A stretch of DNA of 32,000 bases from Bacillus subtilis subsp. subtilis str. 168 (GTDB taxonomy: Bacteria > Bacillota > Bacilli > Bacillales > Bacillaceae), in assembly GCF_000009045.1 (NCBI RefSeq), contig NC_000964.3, positions 660,001 through 692,000 of the forward strand, read 5' to 3'. Both the position numbers and the translations under genes were made by a program. A model generated the notes under the pieces. That model made no database searches. It had not been told where the DNA came from and saw nothing but the letters and a program-made list of their open reading frames with translations. Shown in pieces: positions 1 through 7,465 of the stretch. The stretch's first letter is position 1, and each line of letters begins with the position of its first letter.

Positions 1-564
1 GTATTTGAGGGTGAAACCAAAGTGTATCCGCTAGCATTCTTAGTTTTCGAGAACGATTTTGAATTAAAGGAAAAGGCTGAGGAATTGATTCCAGGAATTG
101 AACTCAAAGAATACCCGCGAGCTAATCAATCCCCAGCCCAGGAAAATAACAAAAGCGCTAAAAATGAAGATGAGGAAAGTGCAAAGAGCTATGTAGTCTT
201 CCTTGATATTGAGGAAGATGGTTCTATTGTGGAATTTGTAGAAGATAAAGACAAAACCTATAGAATTGGTGATATGATTTGGACGGCTTCACATACTAAT
301 GGTTCATCAGCTATCACACGCAGACTGGAAGTAATTGAAGTCGTTGAAAATCTTGTGGTGTGTAAGATAAAACATAAATATAATGAACCTGTTGATAAGA
401 ATTCACTGCTTAAGTTTGTAAATATTGAACAAGATTTGATTTCATTTCTAGACTTACATCCAAATGTCCAAAATGGAAGTGAGGGATTTGTATCTGGGGA
501 CATTGTTGATGAGAACGCTACTACATCATCGGATGACTTACCGGAAGACTTTGAAAATAACTAA
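1..564 (+). CDS. ydiR: C-terminal part of the first subunit of a BsuMI-type restriction enzyme; the 5' end lies outside the window
   Basis: The reading frame is open from base 1, so the GTG at 22 is only the first start-like codon listed in the track. Stop is at 562-564. The C-terminal tail is acidic. It sits directly upstream of the McrB-like and McrC-like genes with a 31-nt gap. Identity comes from remembered B. subtilis gene order. Confidence 0.6.
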   Translation, partial: VFEGETKVYPLAFLVFENDFELKEKAEELIPGIELKEYPRANQSPAQENNKSAKNEDEESAKSYVVFLDIEEDGSIVEFVEDKDKTYRIGDMIWTASHTNGSSAITRRLEVIEVVENLVVCKIKHKYNEPVDKNSLLKFVNIEQDLISFLDLHPNVQNGSEGFVSGDIVDENATTSSDDLPEDFENN

Positions 565-595
565 GCGATAAACTTTAAATAGGGGAAATGAACTG

Positions 596-1627
596 ATGGA
601 AATATCCAAACAAACTTCAGATTTATTATTGAGCCTAGAAAAGAAAAAAGGCACTTTACCAAAATTCAGCGTTTTACGCAGTATTCCTAGGAATAGGATT
701 ATTTATGGTGCACCAGGAACAGGGAAGAGTAATTATCTAGAAAGGGAAGTGGGAAAGATCTTTGGTGATAATCCATATGTATTCACCCGAGTTACTTTTT
801 TCCCTGGTTATACATATGGACAATTTATAGGTGCTTATAAACCGGTTCCTATATATAAAAAATTAAGCGGTGAGGAAGAGATATTTAGTTCAAACTTTAG
901 GGATAAGATGGAAAACTTTGAGCCAATGATTGATTATCAATTTGTTCCTGGCCCATTTATCGATGTATTAATTAAAGCTCTGAAAAATAGATACACTAAT
1001 TTTATATTAATTATCGAAGAAATTAATCGTGCCAATGCAGCAAGTGTTTTTGGTGATATTTTTCAATTATTAGACAGAAATAAAAACGGTGAAAGTGATT
1101 ATCCTGTTACATTCGGGCCGGACATTATGAATTATTTAGCGAGAAACGGAATTAAAGATGAAATGATTAAGCTACCATCCAATTTCTTTATTTGGGCAAC
1201 TATGAATAATGCGGATCAGGGTGTTTTACCGCTCGATACCGCTTTTAAGAGAAGGTGGTCATTTGAATATTTAGAGTTGGAAAAGTATAGAAAGGCAGTG
1301 GACTCTTGGAAGCTGAGCCTCAGATATAAAGGTCATAATAAAGTAATTATGTGGAATGATTTCCGAGACATTATTAATAAGCGTCTTAAAGGAAAAGTAC
1401 CAGAGGATAAGCTGCTTGGACCTTTTTTCCTGAAAGAAAGTGAACTGTGGAATCAGAATGTATTTAAAAATAAACTGCTTTATTATTTGAAGGAAGATGT
1501 TTTCAAGCATAATCCAACGATTGATTTTTTAAATGCTAGTACTTTCTCTGAGCTAATTGAAAAATATGATGGCTCGGATAACATTTTTACTTTTGACATA
1601 GATGATTCGTCTTTTGTGAGTGATTAA
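596..1627 (+). CDS. ydiS: McrB-like AAA+ GTPase subunit of the restriction complex
   Basis: RBS AGGGGAAA lies about 8 nt upstream of the ATG. Walker A is GAPGTGKS. The Walker B / McrB-type motif is LIIEEINRAN. WATMNNADQG matches the McrB-family 'GTMNTADRS' signature. Length is 343 aa. Confidence 0.85.
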   Translation: MEISKQTSDLLLSLEKKKGTLPKFSVLRSIPRNRIIYGAPGTGKSNYLEREVGKIFGDNPYVFTRVTFFPGYTYGQFIGAYKPVPIYKKLSGEEEIFSSNFRDKMENFEPMIDYQFVPGPFIDVLIKALKNRYTNFILIIEEINRANAASVFGDIFQLLDRNKNGESDYPVTFGPDIMNYLARNGIKDEMIKLPSNFFIWATMNNADQGVLPLDTAFKRRWSFEYLELEKYRKAVDSWKLSLRYKGHNKVIMWNDFRDIINKRLKGKVPEDKLLGPFFLKESELWNQNVFKNKLLYYLKEDVFKHNPTIDFLNASTFSELIEKYDGSDNIFTFDIDDSSFVSD

Positions 1628-1629
1628 CT

Positions 1630-3027
1630 ATGGATAAGTCAAGTAAGTTCTTCTTTGAAGATCAAAAATACAATAAAGAAAGGATTGTACGTGTACTCGG
1701 TGGTAATTTAGCTTTACTCAAAAGTAAAGGTATATTATATGAAGATTCTAGTGGGGATTTAATATTTAACTATGTAGGTGTTATATCTAATGGGCGCAAT
1801 GTAATATTCATTTTGCCTAAATACTGTAACAGGCACTTAGATGAACATTCAAAGCGGACTTTGTTTAATAAGTTGCTGAAGATTTTTAAAAAATATTCAG
1901 GTTTAAATAAAAGCCGGGAATCTGATTATTTCGTATCGGAGCTAGATAGTGATGAAGTCTCCGACTTTATGATAGCAGATTATTTGCTTAATGATTTCTC
2001 ATTGAATGGGTATTATCAAAAAAAATTTACTGAATATGAAATTGATGGAGAAGGAATTATAGATTGGAGTAAGACAGTTAATGAAATTACCCCAGTATTC
2101 TCAAAGGGAGTTCCATATTATTTCAGTACTTATAATGAAGTGGTACAAAAAGACGAGTATCACTTGATAGTTAAAATTCATAAATGGGCTTTAAGTAAAT
2201 ATTTTAATGATTTCGGAGTCATTTTAGGTTTTACGGGACTAGAATTTGATAAATCCTGTGATGGTATGAAAATTTTGGACTACGCTGATTTTTTTGGCTC
2301 AGTAATAAATAAAGAAATCGTGAACACATATGTTGATCGTGACGTTAAATTGTTAAAGGCATTGAAAACCGCAATTGATAGGGAAGAGAATCAGTTTTCT
2401 AAACGACCCACTCTTTCTCTGTATGGAACAAAATACTTTCACAGAGTATGGGAGGAAGTATGTAAGACCGTATTTTCCCATGTTAATGAATACGTAAAAA
2501 AGATATCAAGGCCAAATTGGATTAACTTTACGGATATAGAGGTTAATAAAGAGAAAAAAACACTAGAACCCGATATTATTAAGGCTTTCGAATACCGTTC
2601 AAAAGAATACTTTTTAATATTAGATGCTAAATATTATAATATAAATTTTGACGGAAAAAAGCTGGAGGGGAATCCTGGGGTTGAAGATATAACTAAGCAG
2701 CTGTTATATGATAAGGCACTTGAAAAACTGTCCAGAGGTAAAACAAAACATAATGCTTTTCTGTTTCCTTCCTCTAATTCAACCAATACCTTTAAAGTAT
2801 TTGGTTCTGTTGATTTTGATTTTCTTGATATAGCCGCTGTAACTCTTGTTTATATTTCTGCTGAACAAGTTTATAACTTATATCTTGAAAATAAAACATT
2901 TTCCACTGATGACTTATTTAAATTTGTAAGTGAAATTAATAAGTCAAAAAAACGACATAGCGTTATAACTTCAACATTGTATGGTAATATGTTTTTGTTT
3001 ACAAAAAGATTAAGTGATAAAAATTAG
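1630..3027 (+). CDS. ydjA: McrC / LlaJI.R2-like PD-(D/E)xK nuclease subunit of the restriction complex
   Basis: The start is 2 nt after the ydiS stop, suggesting translational coupling. Length is 465 aa. The motif EPDII...FLILDAKYY fits the McrC-type PD...D-x-K nuclease core. Confidence 0.8.
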   Translation: MDKSSKFFFEDQKYNKERIVRVLGGNLALLKSKGILYEDSSGDLIFNYVGVISNGRNVIFILPKYCNRHLDEHSKRTLFNKLLKIFKKYSGLNKSRESDYFVSELDSDEVSDFMIADYLLNDFSLNGYYQKKFTEYEIDGEGIIDWSKTVNEITPVFSKGVPYYFSTYNEVVQKDEYHLIVKIHKWALSKYFNDFGVILGFTGLEFDKSCDGMKILDYADFFGSVINKEIVNTYVDRDVKLLKALKTAIDREENQFSKRPTLSLYGTKYFHRVWEEVCKTVFSHVNEYVKKISRPNWINFTDIEVNKEKKTLEPDIIKAFEYRSKEYFLILDAKYYNINFDGKKLEGNPGVEDITKQLLYDKALEKLSRGKTKHNAFLFPSSNSTNTFKVFGSVDFDFLDIAAVTLVYISAEQVYNLYLENKTFSTDDLFKFVSEINKSKKRHSVITSTLYGNMFLFTKRLSDKN

Positions 3028-3289
3028 TTCTAGAAGGTTAAAAGCCGATAACATAATACTTGTCCTCGGTTTTGTCCTCCTATAGTTTTAAAAATATTTA
3101 TCAGCATTAAATGTTAAGTCTAAAAAACAGTATTTTGAGCTGGTTTTTTTAATACTATTTTCAACTGTTATTAGTCGGAATGAATGGGTTGCATGATGTA
3201 AAACCGACAAAAAACTCTTGATAAACAGGGGTTTGTCGGCAACGGACTTTTATTTTTGATGCCCTTTTGGCCATTTGCAAATTTTCAAG

Positions 3290-3332
3290 GCTTCTCATGA
3301 GTTCACCGAACTTGTGAGAAGCTTCTTTTTTG
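3290..3332 (+). terminator. Strong intrinsic terminator about 265 nt downstream of the ydjA stop
   Basis: A 15-bp stem pairs 3290-3304 with 3308-3322, including two G-U pairs, around a 3-nt loop ACC. It is followed by TTCTTTTTTG. On the minus strand no U-tract follows the hairpin, so it is oriented for the + strand. Confidence 0.7.
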
Positions 3333-3403
3333 ATGTATAAATAAACATGTGTAGTGTGTACAAGCTTACATGGCATTTCATTTATGGACCGCTTCTCTCT
3401 CTA

Positions 3404-3432
3404 TTGCAGACAGGATACCCTATTGGTATACT
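3404..3432 (+). promoter_or_regulatory. Candidate SigA promoter, TTGCAG-17 nt-TATACT with a TG extension
   Basis: TTGCAG is at 3404-3409, followed by a 17-nt spacer ending in TGG, then TATACT at 3427-3432. No convincing CDS start lies nearby downstream. Confidence 0.5.
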
Positions 3433-3560
3433 CTCATACGACACAAAAAAGACCCAGTTATCTAAATAAGTAGTGCCACCCACTCTTAGACTGTTTCCCC
3501 TAGAAAAGCACTGTCAAAGAGGAATCCTGTTAAATCTTGTGCTTCTTTGCTTTTTTAGCT

Positions 3561-3600
3561 AAAAGACGATGTTTTCCTTGCAATAAGGAACTCGTCTTTT
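3561..3600 (+). terminator. Terminator-like or RBS-sequestering hairpin directly abutting the ydjB ATG
   Basis: AAAAGACGA (3561-3569) pairs with TCGTCTTTT (3592-3600). An inner stem pairs TTCCTT (3574-3579) with AAGGAA (3585-3590) around the loop GCAAT. The only Shine-Dalgarno-like sequence for the 3601 ATG, AAGGAA, lies inside this inner stem. Confidence 0.45.
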
Positions 3601-3936
3601 ATGTTAAATATAAAGAGCGACAGAATAATGACATCTGATCCCCAAAAATTCACTGTCGATGGAGTTAGATTCTTCCAACAGTACCTTAATAAAATCCGTC
3701 CCGACGCTATGGAGATAGACAACCTAATTATCAACTCTGATATTATCAAGGAGGACTTAATAGTGCATGTCTCAAAAATGATAGATCGTTTGGCTTTATA
3801 TGATTTACACAGAAAAAGAAGCATAGATAAACATTTTTCTGCTGCTTTTACAGTCGATATCAATGATAGAGAGGAATTTTACAGTGCAAATATAGCTGAT
3901 GTTTCAATTGATTTGAATGAATCTAGTGGTGTTTAA
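3601..3936 (+). CDS. ydjB: Hypothetical 111-aa protein with weak translation signals; possibly a gene remnant
   Basis: The ORF is in the track and its amino-acid composition looks protein-like. It has no free RBS. The frame opens only 14 codons upstream, after a TAG at 3556-3558. It lies in the AT-rich island remnant. Confidence 0.4.
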   Translation: MLNIKSDRIMTSDPQKFTVDGVRFFQQYLNKIRPDAMEIDNLIINSDIIKEDLIVHVSKMIDRLALYDLHRKRSIDKHFSAAFTVDINDREEFYSANIADVSIDLNESSGV

Positions 3937-3952
3937 TTGAATCTCATATTCT

Positions 3953-4117
3953 TCAGAAGAACCATTCAATACTTCTTGAACAATATTTAAAGTATTCATC
4001 AGCTTCCTCTACTGAAACAATATCTTCAATGAAATCGGAAAAGTATTCTAGTTCTGTTCTTGTTGGAAGAACTATTCTTAAGTATCCTAAAGGGTCTCTT
4101 TTAAATGAATATACCAT
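3953..4117 (-). CDS. Untracked 54-aa acidic hypothetical ORF (MVYSFKRDPLGYLRIVLPTRTELEYFSDFIEDIVSVEEADEYFKYCSRSIEWFF)
   Basis: I translated it by hand from the reverse complement: ATG at 4117-4115 and TGA at 3955-3953. AAAGGAAAG lies about 11 nt upstream. It is below the 60-aa cutoff of the ORF track. No convincing promoter was found. Confidence 0.3.
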   Translation of the reverse strand: MVYSFKRDPLGYLRIVLPTRTELEYFSDFIEDIVSVEEADEYFKYCSRSIEWFF

Positions 4118-4150
4118 GATAAATCAGTCTTTCCTTTCTGTTTATTCTTA

Positions 4151-4669
4151 GTTAATATTGATCGTACAATTGAGTCGACAAGACAGGCTATTGTAGATTT
4201 ACGGGCGTTCATTCACTGGATAAAAGCAAATAAAAAAGGGCCTGTTATCATAGTCGGAGTAAGCCTTGGGGGATGGGTTACTAATCTAATTGCTACCCTG
4301 GAATCGAAAATTGATGTAGTGGTATCTATCTTTTATGCCAATCGCCTTTCTTATTCGATATGGAACACGATCCCAGGTAAATACATAAGAGAAGAATTAG
4401 AACAAAATGGTGTGACCTATAATGAGTTAATAAAATATTGGGATATCACAGATCCTAGTCAAGCCTTGCCGAAAGTTAATAAAGATAACGTACTGCTGAT
4501 TTCTGCTAAACATGATCAATATATTGACTTGAAAGATGCAGATTATTTATGGGAAAGTTGGGGGAGACCTACAAGATATGTCTACAATTGTGGTCATTCC
4601 GGTATTGTTCTTTGTCGCAAAAAGCTGGCAAATGATACGCTTTCCTTTATACGAGAAAAACTGGTTTGA
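4151..4669 (+). pseudogene. ydjC: N-terminally truncated alpha/beta-hydrolase fragment; the tracked ORF 4319-4669 corresponds to ydjC
   Basis: In frame upstream of the GTG at 4319, the sequence reads VNIDRTIESTRQAIVDLRAFIHWIKANKKGPVIIVGVSLGGWVTNL. This contains the GxSxG nucleophile elbow (GVSLGG). Candidate catalytic Asp (AKHDQY) and His (CGHSG) lie downstream. The frame is closed by a TGA at 4106-4108. About 80-100 N-terminal residues, including the oxyanion-hole region, are absent, and there is no start codon or RBS at the fragment start. Confidence 0.6.
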
Positions 4670-4696
4670 TACATTTGTAGACTTTAATAAGAAACG

Positions 4697-4726
4697 AAAG
4701 GCCAACTGCGACTTCAGTTGGCCTTT
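4697..4726. terminator. Bidirectional hairpin between convergent ydjC and gutR
   Basis: AAAGGCCAACTG (4697-4708) pairs with CAGTTGGCCTTT (4715-4726). T-rich sequence follows on both strands. Confidence 0.6.
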
Positions 4727-4774
4727 CCTATTTATAATAAAGAAATTGAGTGAGATTGCTGACAGAACTACGTA

Positions 4775-7264
4775 CTACTCGTTTTCTTTAGTTGCCCTTG
4801 CTAATCGTTCAACCTCTCCCCGAATCCCAATCGCAGGCTCCCACGAATCAATCAAACGAATCGCCTTCTGATTAGATTCCACCGCTTTCGTTTTCTCTCC
4901 TTTACGATACAACAGCTGCGCCATTCCGTAGTGATAGTAGATCAGTTCAACTTGATTGGCGTTATGTTTGTCATAGAGCATTTGCTCAAAGGCTTCTTCC
5001 GCTTTTTCAAACTGATCACATTTCACGTAAGCGACACCCAGATTGAAATAGGCTTCTATCGTTTTTTCGCCGCCGTATGTGGAGCTGATTTCATTTGCCG
5101 CTTCGTATAATTGAATGGCTTCTACATGATAACCTCTCGCAAAGCTTAAGTCACCGCGAACCAATAGAACTCTGTGTTGAATGGTAGGGGAAATCGGTTG
5201 ATTTTCGATTTCGTTTAAAATTGTCTCTGCTTTTTCCTGTTGCCCGTCTTTTAAAAACAGCCTTGCTTTGAGTGCATGTCCCCAAACCTTTAGATCATAG
5301 GCATCGTGAGCGTCTGATTGTTCAAGAATCTTCAGCCCGGCTTCTATTTGCTGAAGCGCTCCGTCTAAATCATTGACTTCCATCAATGCCCAGCCTGAGG
5401 TGTCGATTCGGAAGTACGCTTCTCGTGTGTGTTGGCCTAAGTGATGGGCGGCGTCGGCCGCTTTGCGTCCGTATTCGATTCGCAGGGGCAGGTTGATTCT
5501 GCTTAGAAAATGGCTAATGCGGGTGATGAGTTCGATTAGGATTTCTTTTTGTTCAGTTTCACTTGCCCATTGGATGACCTTTAAGATGTTTGGCCATTCT
5601 TGTTTCATTTGATCTAAGTTCCGTCCCAGCAGGTAGCTCCAATAGATAGAGTTGGGCTGTTCCCGCTTTAAATGGGTTTCGGCATAATCAATATAATAGT
5701 GCGCCCAGCGATTGCGGGCTTCTTTTTCATATTCGTGCTGTTCGGACAAGTGCTGTTCTCCGTAAGCGACAACGGTTTGGTGCGCTAAGTATTGTGTCCT
5801 GCCTTGGCTTCGTTCCGGCTGAATCAGCGCATATGACCGCATTTGTTCCATAGCGTAATGAAAACGGCGGGCGTCTAATCCGGCTGCTGCCGCCAGGCTT
5901 TTTTCATCAGGCGGCTTGCTGAAAAAGCAAAGCGTCTGCCAGAGCTTTCGCGTATCTTCATTGCATCTATCCCAGGTGCGGCCAAAGAGGAATTCAAACA
6001 ATTCCAGCAGTGAGTAGCCTGCTTTTCCAAGCTCATGAATCAGCTGCTGAGCGGGGATGTCATCGTCTGACATATAGGCAATGCTGAGTGCCATGGCTTT
6101 CGGGTTTCCGGCAGTCGCTGAAATGAATTCGTTTTTCAGGTCAGATGATAGATGTAACAGCTGCTCCAGCTTTTCCCGTTTACGTGGGAGGTTGCATGTT
6201 TGTAAGCAGTGATGCACTTCTTGTTGAAAAAATTCGTGGGCATCTGTTTGGTCAAGACCGCTTAGCTGAATGGCTGTCATTTCTCCGAAGCTTTCCCGAT
6301 AAGTTTGCTTTACGTTTTCCCGCGCTGTAAGGAGAACTTTTACGCCTTGCGGAAGGCTGGTGATAAATTCATGAATGTCACGTTCTGCAGTATCAATGCT
6401 GTCAACGATCAGCAGGATCGGTTTTTCTCTAGTGTAATTGGCTAACGCATTGCGGACGACAAACCGTTTTACATTGATTGATTTATCGATTTGTTCTTTG
6501 CGTCCGAGCTGATAGGCGATCGTATTTAAAAAATCGCTAAAGCTTAATCCTTTCCAATCAGCGCTGACCCAGATGATGCTGTTGAATGCCGGCCAAACTG
6601 AAGTATCGTCGACACAGGAATAGGCGGCTTCAAGAGCAATTGTGGTTTTTCCCATGCCGGCCCAGCCGGTGATTAAACAGACTGGTGATGGAGAAAGCAT
6701 CCATTGCCGTATCGCTTCCATATCAAAGCTGCGTCCGATAAAGCGTCCGGACCAGCGTGAGGGTAAATTATGCGTGATGGGCTGTTCTGTAAGCGCATTC
6801 GTTTCTTGGCCGGGTCTGTCATGAAACAGCCGTTTTACTACATTTTCAATTTCGCCTTCACTCGGAGCCCCGAATAATCCGTCTTTTCGCAGTATTTTCG
6901 CTTTTTTCAAACAGGATGCTGCCCATACAGGCAATGCGGGTTTGATGACTGGGATAGTGGTGGCTTCCAGCAAGTCGGTCAACCACTCGATATCCAAGTC
7001 GGTCTTTTCGAGAATGATCCAGATCATTCCGAACAGTTTTCCGTCGTCGATTCTTCCGGGAATGTAGTTTGCCCCCATCTGTCCGATCCAGCTTTTGATC
7101 GTGTTTGGGGAGACTCCCAGCTGGAGTGCGATTTTATCTATGTAAGACTGTCCTGTTTTTTCATTCTTTTTCCTTCTGACTTTATAATCAGGATGAAGTT
7201 TTAGCGTTTTGACGCCAGGTGCCAGCATTTGTGCAAATTGTTTTCGGTTTTCAAGTTCAGCCAT
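4775..7264 (-). CDS. gutR: Transcriptional activator of the glucitol operon; STAND-type ATPase with an N-terminal HTH, an NB-ARC-like NTPase and C-terminal TPR-like repeats
   Basis: Length is 829 aa. HTH-like segment is IDKIALQLGVSPNTIKSWIG. Walker A is GWAGMGKTT, encoded at 6641-6667. Walker-B-like segment is PILLIVDSID. The C-terminal half is long and helical-repeat. It is divergent from gutB. Confidence 0.9.
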   Translation of the reverse strand: MAELENRKQFAQMLAPGVKTLKLHPDYKVRRKKNEKTGQSYIDKIALQLGVSPNTIKSWIGQMGANYIPGRIDDGKLFGMIWIILEKTDLDIEWLTDLLEATTIPVIKPALPVWAASCLKKAKILRKDGLFGAPSEGEIENVVKRLFHDRPGQETNALTEQPITHNLPSRWSGRFIGRSFDMEAIRQWMLSPSPVCLITGWAGMGKTTIALEAAYSCVDDTSVWPAFNSIIWVSADWKGLSFSDFLNTIAYQLGRKEQIDKSINVKRFVVRNALANYTREKPILLIVDSIDTAERDIHEFITSLPQGVKVLLTARENVKQTYRESFGEMTAIQLSGLDQTDAHEFFQQEVHHCLQTCNLPRKREKLEQLLHLSSDLKNEFISATAGNPKAMALSIAYMSDDDIPAQQLIHELGKAGYSLLELFEFLFGRTWDRCNEDTRKLWQTLCFFSKPPDEKSLAAAAGLDARRFHYAMEQMRSYALIQPERSQGRTQYLAHQTVVAYGEQHLSEQHEYEKEARNRWAHYYIDYAETHLKREQPNSIYWSYLLGRNLDQMKQEWPNILKVIQWASETEQKEILIELITRISHFLSRINLPLRIEYGRKAADAAHHLGQHTREAYFRIDTSGWALMEVNDLDGALQQIEAGLKILEQSDAHDAYDLKVWGHALKARLFLKDGQQEKAETILNEIENQPISPTIQHRVLLVRGDLSFARGYHVEAIQLYEAANEISSTYGGEKTIEAYFNLGVAYVKCDQFEKAEEAFEQMLYDKHNANQVELIYYHYGMAQLLYRKGEKTKAVESNQKAIRLIDSWEPAIGIRGEVERLARATKENE

Positions 7265-7368
7265 AAGCCTGCACCTCCTATTAGTACTATTTTATCAATC
7301 CAGCGTTTTTTGTATATGAAAAAATAAAAGTACAGTGCCGCTGTCCTTTTATACAGCAGGAAAGGCTG

Positions 7369-7395
7369 TTGAACGTGTTAAAAAGCAGATAAAAT
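7369..7395 (+). promoter_or_regulatory. Candidate gutB promoter, TTGAAC-15 nt-TAAAAT, within the gutR/gutB divergent control region
   Basis: The hexamers were read directly from the sequence. The short 15-nt spacer would fit an activator-dependent promoter. The GutR operator was not identified. Confidence 0.3.
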
Positions 7396-7465
7396 GGGGG
7401 CAGTAACAGAGAAAACAAAAATGTATGCACTTACATTTTATTTTCTAAAGAAAGGAACTTGCCAA

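Noticed and set aside
3161-3376. Tracked 71-aa minus-strand ORF, with a faint HVYLYI... resemblance to the IS200-type transposase motif HVHLLI
   Set aside because: It reads through a perfect 15-bp + strand terminator hairpin. It has no RBS and is flanked by stops. The transposase resemblance is only a few residues, which is not supportable.
3555-3863. Tracked 102-aa minus-strand ORF antisense to ydjB
   Set aside because: The composition is Ile/Ser/Leu/Lys-rich, as expected from AT-rich DNA. There is no RBS. It starts inside the hairpin region. It is probably a shadow ORF.
4536-4871. Tracked 111-aa + ORF overlapping the ydjC tail, the terminator and the gutR 3' end
   Set aside because: It crosses a bidirectional terminator and runs antisense into gutR, with no start signals.
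4775-7264. GutR as an Avs-like antiphage STAND next to the restriction island
   Set aside because: It has an N-terminal HTH rather than a nuclease or protease effector. It lies in the higher-GC core DNA and is divergently coupled to gutB. The regulator interpretation is sufficient.
7394-7465. N-terminal extensions in the ORF track: gutB 7394, gutP 8559, pspA 11143, ydjH 13016, iolT 16418, ydjO 21500, cotA 25009, mneS 26941 and yeaC 28166
   Set aside because: In each case a downstream ATG has a properly spaced Shine-Dalgarno sequence. That ATG also yields the canonical family N-terminus and length, while the upstream start has no RBS.
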